Of a stretch of 64,000 nucleotides of DNA, positions 13,617 to 25,200 are shown one piece after another. The notes under the pieces are model-generated. The model had not been told where the DNA came from, did no database searches, and saw only the letters and a list, made by a program, of their open reading frames with translations. A program made the translations under genes and the position numbers. Within the stretch, counting starts at the first letter, position 1. Every line of letters begins with the position of its first letter. Source of the DNA: Lingula anatina (Eukaryota > Animalia > Brachiopoda); NCBI GenBank assembly GCA_051362555.1, contig CM120646.1, forward strand, positions 806,001 through 870,000. Direction: 5' to 3'.

Positions 13617-16600
13617 AACAAGGATATAATAGCTTCTCTAAGGGTGTTCTTTTTGTGAAAACGTGGACCCTTTTTATAACCCCAGTTCACCCATTCGGAG
13701 CAACTGCATTGCACCATCTGTCAAATGTTGATTCAGGGAAGATCCCTCCCTTCTCTCCCCCCCCCCCCACCAAAGCACCCCTGCCTGTTTCAGTTATGTA
13801 AAGTTACTCTTCTAAATGAAAACAACTGTGGAAAGACTGAACCAGAAAAAAAGCAACGAGGAAGCTGTTAGACAATAGAACCTGACTCCACTTTGTGAAA
13901 GAATGCCAAGGGTGTAAAAGGAGAGGATATTTATGGTTTTGCTCAAGGATCTGAACCGACAAAATAACAAGATTTGTAATAGATAGGGGTTTAATTGAAG
14001 GACCAGTTAGATGTATTCTGAAAATGGAGGTCTCCTTGGTGCAGATAGAGTAAAGCTCACTCTTAGACTAAGGTTAGAAGTGGAAATGTTCTTAATATTA
14101 TAGTCATTTTGGATGTGAATTTTCTCTCTCTCTCTCTCTCTCTCCACAAAAATAGATAAAGACCCCAAGAGGGCAGATATATAGTGTAAATTACCCAAAA
14201 CATTTCCATTGTGTAAATAATTTTTGTGAACGTCCTATTGAATATGTGTGGAATTACGTAAGGTCCACATGGCTACTTATTTACATATATATATATTATA
14301 GTTATAAGATGAATGTTCTCTCTACAATGTAGGTTTTCTGTTTTCCTTTGTTTGTAGTGTAATCTAAATGCACAGCATTATAGGAGTTTTATAAAGCATA
14401 ATTATGGTCTGAATCATCAAATTTTTATTTCAATAGACAGAAATTATTATTCAGATCAAATAAATCAAATAAAAACTGTAGCACTAGTTTTTGCCTTCCG
14501 TTTAATCTTTCAGTTTTGTCAATATTTGTAAGCTAGTGTGCTCAGGAGGTGGGCTTTAAACCCTGGGACTGGTATTGTTATGATAATTTGTACACACATT
14601 TCTCTGTGTGGTTTTACAGAACACTTTCACAGCAAACACGCTTTCTTTTCACTGGATCATGATTAGGGGTGCTTGACTGCCATTTCTCTCAAAAAGCGAC
14701 CAGCGTCTGGAGCTCTTCTGTATGCACAGTAGAAATGATGCTGAGTGAATGAACTCCGCCTGAATTAGTGAGGTCATGCTCAGAATTATTAGAAGAAAAA
14801 TGTTTGCTATATGCACAGGATGTTGACTTTTCATTTCAGTCACCTGCAATTGAATCTCTTTTTTTTTCTCCTCCTCTGCTCACTGTTTTTATTACTTAAC
14901 AAGAGGATACAGGGTGTACTTGGAAAGGGGACAGGGTGGGCGGGGGGGGGGGGGGGGTGCAACAAAGTACCTTTTTCCTACAGTTATAGACTAGAACTAA
15001 GATAGTTTTGTTTGAAACAGCAGCAAATAGAGGTGGGCATGGGCTTTTCTTTTGTAAGTGAAATCAGCCAAAACCAAGCAATTTTTCCATTTTTGAGCCA
15101 TAAATGTTTCTGTAAAGTTGTCCTTGTTAGCTATTTTCTTCTCTTCTCCTCATGCTCCCCCTCCCCAATAAAAAACCTGGTGTAATGAAACATCAGTGTG
15201 GGTTGCAACTTTCACTCCTTTCATAATCCACGCGGAAGTGTCTCATACCTTTACCTTTCTGATGATCTTTTTAGTCAGTTTCTTGTCTTGTCACAATCTG
15301 CCATTGAAACAGTACAGATATCAAACCATTTGAACACATACAAGAATCTTTTAATAGTCTTGACTGTTGACAATTTTGACTACCCTTGATGAGCTGGTTC
15401 AGTGACTGTGCTCCTTTTTGTGCCTTTCTGTACCATGACATGATGGACATATTTGAACACAAACATTGATAAATTTATGAACTTTAACAATTATGACTTG
15501 ATAAGTGGTTAAAAGAACAAAATATATTTTAATTTATTTGAGTGGGGAAAGTGAACAGGTAAATCTATCCTCAGGAATTCTATACATTTGCTGATTTAGT
15601 ACATGAGTGAGGAGATAATTACTAGTATGCAATATTATTGACCACAATATTTGTACAATGAAACTGTGTCTCCATTAACTTTATTTTTTAATTTTATTTT
15701 CATTTTTTCAGGTAAAAATTAACAAAGCTCAAGTAGAGGATTTAGTTAGAAAGGTGAGTAGTAACCCAGTGCTCCTGCTGTCAGCATATGTACTGTTGGT
15801 ATTTAGAATATAACCTGTTTTAGTTTAAAATGTCAATTCTCAGTAGAAGTGATTTCTGGCCAGGTAGTACAGCAAGGAAACTATGATTAAAAGTGAGGTG
15901 GCCACAAGCATATTGTGTTTGGGTGATGAAGCCTTTATTTGTCAGATCACCCCAGAAGAGAACATTGAATCTGTAGATATTATGGTCTCAGAAGAATCTT
16001 CATATTTTTCTGACAAGATTGGTATATAGCCATTCAATTGGGGGGAAAATCCAGAATAATCAGAAGAATCCAGAATATAGGACCCAGTGGTTCTCATGAA
16101 GTTACATTCAAAGTTGGTATGAAAGCAGTGTTTTGTTTTGCTGTGGTCAGTGTCAAAAGTGGTCGGACCTTTACTAGAATATCCTTGGAATATCCTCATT
16201 GATTTCACTATAGAAAAAACCTAGAAAGCAGCATGTACGTAGAGCCTATTATGCCCAATTTTTCATCCTCATTTGAACCAAGATAATTGTATTTGCTGAT
16301 TTCAGTTTAAAGAACCTCCTGTTAAATGTAGACCAGATTCCAGTCTGCCTGAACTGGGTTACAGAAACAACAGCACACCTAAAGTGTTGAAAGGTGTGGC
16401 AAAATTGAGTGAAAAAATACTTGTATCTCCACCACAAATTCTTGGACTTTGGCCCTGAAACAAGAGGCAATTTCATAACCAAAGCAGGCCCAGACAAGAC
16501 CTAACTCCCTCACATATATTGGTGCCAGTAGTTTTCGAACTTTTGGGAGAGCAAGGTGCACTCCTTTTGTCTTTGTAGATCAAAGCGTAATTAGAAAAGC

Positions 16601-18707
16601 AAAAGCTTAAAAGGGTAATGCCCCCCTGTGGCACCCCCCTTCGGAGACACCCCCAACGAAAAATTATTTAATTGTTTTTCAGTAGGCAACAAGACATATT
16701 GTAAAAAAATAGTGAAAATGGAAGTTCTGTTGTCCAACTGCCCATGATAGTAATTGATGGCAGGACACTGAAGGGTTATATTTATAGTCTCCATTGTCTT
16801 CAATAACATTATTACAGACAGATAGCAGACACCTCAGCTGAACTCGGTACCTCAGGTCAGACCCAGAGTGTGTTTGTTTCCAGAGAGCCAGAGATCTCCT
16901 GCTGCCCCTTGGTGCTCTATAGAACCAGTACAAACATGTGTTAAACAGTGTTCCTGGGGTCACAGCCCTTTCCTTGCCTTCCATTTGACTTCTTAGACCC
17001 CATTCCCACAGGTTTAAGATCGATCTATCCCTGTGGGGAGTCTTACTAGATTACTGTCAGCTTAACTGGCTTAAGTGCCTGTCCCGCCCACTAAAAGCTG
17101 TAAGGGGGTAATTAACTACCGTGAGTGCTCAGCTGACTGCAATTTAGTGTGAACCCCCAGGGATTAAGTTGGGTCGATCTGGATGGATCAATCTAAATCT
17201 CTGCGAATGCACTCTTAGACTGGGTTCCCATCCCTAGATCTAACTAACAGGATCGGTTCATCTCCACGTGGTCCTTCGCTAAATTGCTTTCAGCCCAGTT
17301 AAGTGGCTTAGACATCTGGGACGTCCACTAAAGCTTCTAAACGATAATTAATTACCCCCTATCAGCCTCAGCAGGCGTTACAGACATCTAAGCCGTCCAA
17401 GTTAACTGCAGTTAAGTGAGAATCTCCTTGAAGATAGTTCAATCCAAAGTAAGTAGGATAGTCTCTGGGAATGGCCTCTTACTGAAACCATCTATTACCA
17501 GACTCCTTACCCCCTCCTCCCTATTATGGCAAAATATCAAAATAAAACAGTGAAGGATGTCAATGTTTGTTTTTCTGGGTTTTTTTAATGACGTAGGCAT
17601 GAAAAGATCTAGGACATTTTGGAATGTTGTTCTGGAGAGTTTACATATTGAACAATGCTTGAGTAAATATATATCTGTTATGTATATTTCAGCCTGAGCT
17701 GCTGACTACGGCTTGAGTTGTGTGATAGAAAAAAAAACAACAAAAAACAAATAGAGTTTTGTTTGGGGGAGGGATTAGTGGGTATACAGTGGTAGATCAA
17801 TAATTTTGGAAGGGGCAACTGATCATGCCCTCTGTCATAAAAATTCTGAAAAGTGTCTACAGTTTTGTATGTTAAGCATCATTCTGTAGGCTTAAATTGA
17901 ACCTTTTCTGGGGATGGTGGGGGGTTGCCATTTTATGTACAGACAAATCAAATAGGCATATATCCATCAAATATATGGTTTGGAACGAAGGGGGGATAGA
18001 GGGCAACTTCAGCCATTTTTCAAAAGAAAGGGCCCTGTTTGCCTATTCTAAAAGTCCTAGGGTGATTATTGTTTCACTAATTGAATCCCTGGGATAATTC
18101 CTTTGATGATTAAGATTGCTCAGCAGGGTGTGATATTTAGGATCAAGACATGCCTGTTGGGGGTTGGGAGTAAGGAAGGCAGACACCTGTTGGGCCTCTT
18201 GATGCCAGTGAGGGCTCCTTTCCATTGAGAAAAATCTCACAAGACTTGGACCCCATTCCAATATCTAGATCGATCTAGGGGGATCGGTCATCTCAGGGGA
18301 TTCTGGCTAAATCACACTCAGCTTTAAATGGCTCTGATGTCTGATATACATACTGAAGCTGTTAGGAGGTAATTAACTGTCGTTAAGCCACTTCGGAAGG
18401 CCTGCCAAACTTCTAAGCCACTTAAGGGCTGAGTGTAATTTAGCGAGAATCCCCTTGGAGATGGAATGATCCTGCTAGATCGATCTAGGTATGGGAATGA
18501 GGTCACAATCACAATACAATCAGAGTTGAGGTCTGGTCTGTGAGGAGAGTGTACTTGACAACCCTAACTACAACATACACAACTCCTGACTAGAATAACA
18601 GAGATGGCATGTAATAAGCCACTTACTAGTAGACTGCACTGGGGTGGGTTGGTTGGAGGCAAAGTGTCTTTTATCATATCTTGACTAGAAACATGTCTGA
18701 TCCCATG

Positions 18708-18744
<37 letters not shown>

Positions 18745-19201
18745 TTTTAAAATACTGTGGTTACATAATGCAAGAATAGAAATATTTCTTGAATACATCT
18801 GTGACCCAGCTGTTAATAGTTTTATGTAGGCTTGTGTATAGTTATAGTCTTGTGTGAAATGTTGCTTTATTTTCAGCAAGGTGAGCAACTTATTCTGAGA
18901 TTAGTTACAAAAAGAAACATCAGTACAGAAATAAACAGATAAAAATATATAAATTAATGATTGAATTAAGATGAGAGATTTTTTAAAAGAAGTAATGATC
19001 ATTGGAAATAAAACATTCAGCAATTGGCAATATTTTTGTGCTAATATTATGAAAGAAAATCAAGTAAAAAGTAACATATTATTTCAGAACACAGCTGTTC
19101 AGAGCAGACTGAGTAATGTGGAGAATAGTGTTAGTACCATCAACCAGATCCAGAATACTCTGAATACTCTCTCCACACAAATCACAGCTCTCTCCAGTAG
19201 G
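8829..19201 (+). CDS. CUBN: Cubilin N-terminal exons: signal peptide/propeptide, amnionless-binding region, start of coiled coil
   Basis: Exons 8829-8932 ([35 protein letters not shown]), 10364-10493, 15712-15753 ([14 protein letters not shown]) and 19088-19201 ([38 protein letters not shown]). Confidence 0.88.
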
Positions 19202-22200
19202 GTGAGTACAACACACCTGTTTTATAACTGCTGGAAACATCTCAGAAAAAAGAGATATTTCATTATTTTGGCAAAACTCAAAATTCTTATATCAAGGTTA
19301 ATTGTTAATTTTGTCAGTTGATAAATAATGTACTACAGAATGTGTCCCAATATTAAATGTTAATATAAATTATTGTACTTTGTAAATGACAGTGGTATGT
19401 TGGATATTTGTACTGTTATTGTTCATTTTGATAGTGCTTAAATGTAGTTTCACTCTCTAATAGTGAATGGGATAATAATTTCAGTCTTGTTATTTTGTCA
19501 TATGCAATATTTCTATATATAATAGCTCAGAATAATAAATTTTGAAGAAAAAAGTAAAATGCTTGTGGGCAACAATCTTAGTAATGGCCTATTCCCAATG
19601 TAACTGAATACATAGATCAATCCAACTCCCCAGGGACTCGTGCTTAATGCAGTTAGACTTCAGCAGCTAGGGGAGAATAAGCTTGTGCATTCGGTTTCAC
19701 TTAAAACTAAGTGAAAAAGCTTCCAGAACTCATTCCCACACAAAAGTTAATCATCCCCTAGCTTGACCAGACATGAACTTTTTCCGCTGGAATTCTGCAT
19801 TGTTTAATTCAATTCTGATGGTTCCTGAGATTTGTCAAGGTTGGGTGTTGGGTCCCATGATAAATGTTCAGAGTTTTTTTTGAAACCTAGGGTCATATCT
19901 GCTTGAGGAGGCATGCCATTCAGTCAGTCTGATTGTATTCAGCAAGAGTCCCCAAAGAGCTGGATTGATCTATGTAGAACATTAGTTTCAATGGCAATGT
20001 GCCCTAAGAGGCATAAACAGCTGTATTCATAACCTTTGCTTTCTGCATGGACCATGGAGCAGAAAACAATGCGCAAGAGATGTGTCCTCATGTTCTACTT
20101 GCTGTTGTCAGGGGTGATGCTTATTTAGTGACTTCTACTTTTGTTATGAAAATATGTTTTTCTTGCATACCCACTTTGTATTGATATTGGCAGTGAAAAA
20201 TAAAAAAAAAAAACAGATCCAAATTTTATGTTTTAAGTCATGATTTAGCAATTTTGAAAAGTTATCTGTAGAAAAATAATCTGATTTGTTGAGCAAATCG
20301 AAAACTCTGCCCAGCAGACAAAGGAATGAAACTAGGCATTAGTGAAAAATGCATCGTTAAGTATGCATGTGTGTAAGCATGATTGGTCATATTTGTGATA
20401 GGCCCACACTTATGCTTAAGTAGAGGGCATGTTTTATAAAATTAATTTTGTATATTGTTAATATATAAATAACATCATTCCTGTGCAAAGTTTATTTTCA
20501 GTTTTCAACAAAAAATAGAAGAGTTGCATGGTTTTCATAATTCAAGACTACCATCTGAACCAATGTAGCACAAAACATTTGCATGTGGCATGTGAACTAA
20601 CATATGTGCATGTTTCCTACTAACTTCACAGGTTGCTAACTTGGAAAGTAATAGTGGGTCTCCATCTCCATCTGACTGCTGTAACACTGTTCCTGATAGG
20701 GTAAGATGTGTGCATGTGACTATGAGAATGCTGTAACATTGTTCCTGATAGGGTAAGATGTGTGCATGTGTCCATGAGACCGGTGTAACACTGTTCCTGA
20801 TAAGGTAAGATATGTGCATGTGTCCATGAGAGTGTTGTAACACTGTTCCTGATAGGGTAAGATGTATGCATGTGACCATGAGAATGCTGTAACACTGTTC
20901 CTGATAGGGTAAGATGTATGCATGTGACCATGAGAGTGCTGTAACACTGTTCCTGATAGGGTAAGATATGTGCATGTGACCATGAGACCACTGTAACACT
21001 GTTTTTGATAGGGTAAGATGTGTTGAATAAGATCAGACCTCATTACATAGCTGAAACTGCCATTTGTGATTTTGAGCGGCAGGTTTGAATGTAAGAGCCG
21101 AATCAATACCCTTACCCTACAAGATACCATTCACCACAGGATGATAGGAAGGCAAAGTCCATGTTGTAGATATCCTGCAAGGAATGCTGAATCAGTCTTC
21201 TAGTATTGATGCCATTGTTACAAGACATCAAGGTGATAATGGGGTCATCTACATAATATATGCATGGTCATGGTGATGTGCAGTGGTGCACAGTGCGTAT
21301 ATGTACAGGGTATGGATCAACATGATCCAGGCTGAACACGGGGGGACAAGTGTCGTGGAGAATGCTTGGGTTGTCATGTGGGCATAAGTTTGGAAATGTG
21401 TGTATCAAAATGATGAGGTACATTTCCAGCACAGTTCTGTACTCCTTGCATTGTTTTTTTTAGGGGGTATTGATGTTGTGAAGAAAAAGGGTGTTGTTTT
21501 ACTCATGATGGATTGTAGTCAAGGGAAGTATAGTGACTCGGAGCCAAAAATAATCTGATGGCCTTGCTTAGATGGAACTTTGGGAGCCTGGAGTGAAAAT
21601 TACATTCATTAAAATTCAGTAAGCCTTAAAACTGTCATCAAAAACCAGGGTAAAATTCAACTTATCCTGAATGCATGATATCACTTGGACAGCAATGAAG
21701 TCAAATGACGTGATAAAAATGACAAAAAAACTTAGTACTTAATAATGCAGATTTAAACAACAATCATCGCCTGCGTCTATAACAACAATGCATGGTAAAT
21801 CATCACAGTACCAATGGATCAATACTTTGGTACAGGTTATAATGTGAGCACTGAACTAAATGGCATGGAACGGTTTGCTGTATCATTTTAAACTAATACC
21901 TAGTAGTATATAACCCAGAAAGAAGGTGGAGAAAGGAAGAGAAAGCTATAGCTCACCACTTGTGCATGTGACTGCATGTTGTACAGCCACCATACTAACA
22001 ACACTATAAGGTAACAGTATACAGGATTTGAAGAAATTATGAACCATTTTGAACATTAAGATTTACAAAACTTTCAGGTAGATGATGTAGAAAATAGGCC
22101 CATGCCAACGAGTCCAACGAGCCAACCTAATAATAATAACAATAACAACTATATAGTTAGGAGGCTGAGAGCAAGGGTAATGTATTTATGGCAGACTACC

Positions 22201-25200
22201 GGGTTCTTGAGAATCCAACCCAGCTTTTTTTTTCATTTGTATTTGTTTCTATAAGTGGTTAAATAAATGTCACCAACTTGTAACTGTCTTGTGGTTTGGT
22301 TAAAATCCAGAAGCACATCCTAGAACTTTCTTTTACACAGGAATCATGTAAAGATAATGGACGTTAAAACATTTTTATGCCAGATTCAGTTTAAGCAGCA
22401 GATCCACCCTTCTCTGTCATTGTGACTTGTGCAGAAACCAATGGCTGAAATATTCTTGTATTGTGTAAGAAGTGATCTCTTTGATAAAAAGATCCACAAT
22501 GACAACATTGTACGAATGGTTGTATTTATGATGTGTGATGAACGAGGAAAAGAAAGACTTGGATGCGTGTGTGTCTGTTACTTTTAATTTGTGTGATCCA
22601 GTTGTGTACAATAAACAGAATTTGATTTTAATGAATAAATTTGGCAGATCGCATTTTCATTCTTTTGATGTTATTGGTAATATGTAATTAATTTGATAGA
22701 AAACAATTGACCTAAAGTGAACATTTTAATATAAACATATTTAAGTTCGCAACACTTAATGAAGGGATTTATCTGTAGTGCACAATTAACGGATTATTTG
22801 TAAACTGTTTTATAAAGTTCTTTTTGAGAAGCTCACCTTTCTTTAAAATATGTCATTAAGAATAAGATACACCCAGAATTACACTGTTTTATTGTAGGTG
22901 AGCACTCTAGAAACACAAGTACAACAACTACAGAGGGTAAGTGGTAGCCATTTGATCTAATTTTCATTTTCAGTATTTTATACTTTCTAGGTAGCAAACT
23001 TAGAGCGACAGATGAGACGACTCAATAGGGTGAGAGGGGGGTGGGGACAATTATTTTCACTTGGGCTTTGTGAAAAAGTTGCCTTGCAGCTGTATCATAT
23101 ACTTCATAAGCCTCTGTCTGTATGTTATTTCAGCCCCTTGTCTGTTATTATTTTGAATATATAGCATGATGAGCATGATGTTATTTTGTTTTTGTTTTTT
23201 TACATATGAATGTTATTACAAAATGGCCACACTGATTGTCACAGCTGCCACGCGGCTGTTTACTTTGACAAGGAAATCAACATGTTTTTTGTCTTTTAGC
23301 AACATTTTAATTGTAATTTTTGCTTCTTAATGCATTTTGCCAAGACCAAATGATGCATGTTAGCTTAAATGGCTGCATTACGAGAAAAAAAAAATTACAG
23401 AGAACAAAGAATCAGTTTTTACATGTAGTTTGATACTTTGCATGAGAGTTAAGCGTAAAAAATTTGACAGAAGTGTATGAACAGTTTAACATGTAACACA
23501 GTTTTTCTGTCTGCACTTAGTTTGTTTTGTAGTAGAATAATAATTTAGGTGGACATCATGTAAATAGATGGTCTGTTATAGAAGCCATCATTTCTGTAGC
23601 ATGTGGCAAAAAATAAACCACCAAATTCAGACATTAACTGCAATGTAGCATGGCTAATAACACACAGGATAACAGGATAACATTTTAGCCACAAATTTTG
23701 TGAGTAAACTAATATGCAGCTCTGTGTCATAGTGTATCTTTGATGAATGAAAATTTATCAGTTATTTGCATGGGTTCCAATAATAAAACTAGAAATAGAT
23801 TTATTCAGAAATTGATGAAATATTTGTCAGCTGTAGAAGGTACAAATGCCTGTAATCACTGAATGAAACTAAAGGCTCAGTAATGTGTATATATGTTGTT
23901 ACTTTATTGTTTTGGGTTAATATTTTCCTCTATCTCAATATGTATTTTAGTAATAAAAGGTGCTGAGAGTCGGAGTACATGATATTCAAGTTGTTGAAAT
24001 CTGTTCACTTCAGTTAATTTTAGGCTTTCACTCAATAAGAAACTTTTTGACAACTCCATGATAAGACGATGAGAATAGATGAAATCATTCATATTTTTAT
24101 AGCAGACAATAAAACCAATTTTGCAATCAGCAAAGTACCCCCCCTCCCTCACACATGCTTTATATTTCTTTTGCTTAATGTGTTTTTCCATGATTATATT
24201 CATATTAGTTACTGACCAGGAATGAGTGCGCGTCGAACCCCTGTCAAAATGGCGGCACCTGTGTGGACCTGTACAACGGCTATACCTGTAGATGTCCATC
24301 TGCATGGCAGGTGGGTGGTGACAAAACTTTGCAGAATAGAGTGTGGTCTGTGAGGCGTCCATTATTTGATCAGATTTGGCTGAAATCGATCCTCTAAGTG
24401 GTCTGGCCTTAGAAGTACTTTGTTTTCAATAAGTATTGAAAAAAAACTTAACATAGTGTTAGAGTGTGTGCTATATTTAAGTTACATTGAAAATTGATAC
24501 TTTGGACAAAAAATCTTGTATGACTTAACTGAAGACAAGTAATAATTTTCAACCGTTAATTTGCAGCTTTAAAGTTGATTAATATGAATAATAATTTCGA
24601 TAAAATAACTTAGATTGTAATGAAATACAAAGGGCATCTTTTTCATACTGAATTAAAATTAGATAAAAAGAATTAATGTTTAAATAAATTAGATTTAAAG
24701 AAGTATGTGAAATGTGACAAATGACATGTTATTTGCTATTAATTCAGGGCACGCGGTGTAATGAGGATGTCAATGAGTGTGCCACACTGGCTGGAACTGA
24801 CATGGGATGCCAAAATGGGGCCACCTGTACTAATACCATTGGAAGCTTCAGGTAAATAATACAACCCAAGGCCAATCTTCTTTGGTTGATTATCAAAAAG
24901 TGGCAATAAGCAACTTTATATTGGTAAAGAAATTATCTCATTCAGTGTGCCTGGAGGTTTCACATAATAACAAGCAGGTGATTTTGACAAAATATCAGTG
25001 AATTCAAGTACTGTAGAAATGGTAGTAGACAAATTATGGGTAGTTACTACATATTAGATATGTTATGAGTAGGACACAAAATGTCATTAGTTTTGTGAAA
25101 CTGGCTTCAGTTTATAGCAGCTGCTGACCTAATTCTGGTGATCCCATTGGTTTACCTTATTTTTGTGACCCAATTTCAGGTGCACCTGTACTGCTAACTA

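Noticed and set aside
15942-16561. Cluster of - strand ORFs in cubilin intron 3
   Set aside because: No recognisable domain or consistent splice structure; probably decayed repeats.
20677-21022. CRISPR-like array, or repeat-protein ORFs on the - strand (20535-21130)
   Set aside because: Units are contiguous with no unique spacers, there are no cas genes and the context is eukaryotic. The ORFs in all three frames simply reflect the 52-bp period.
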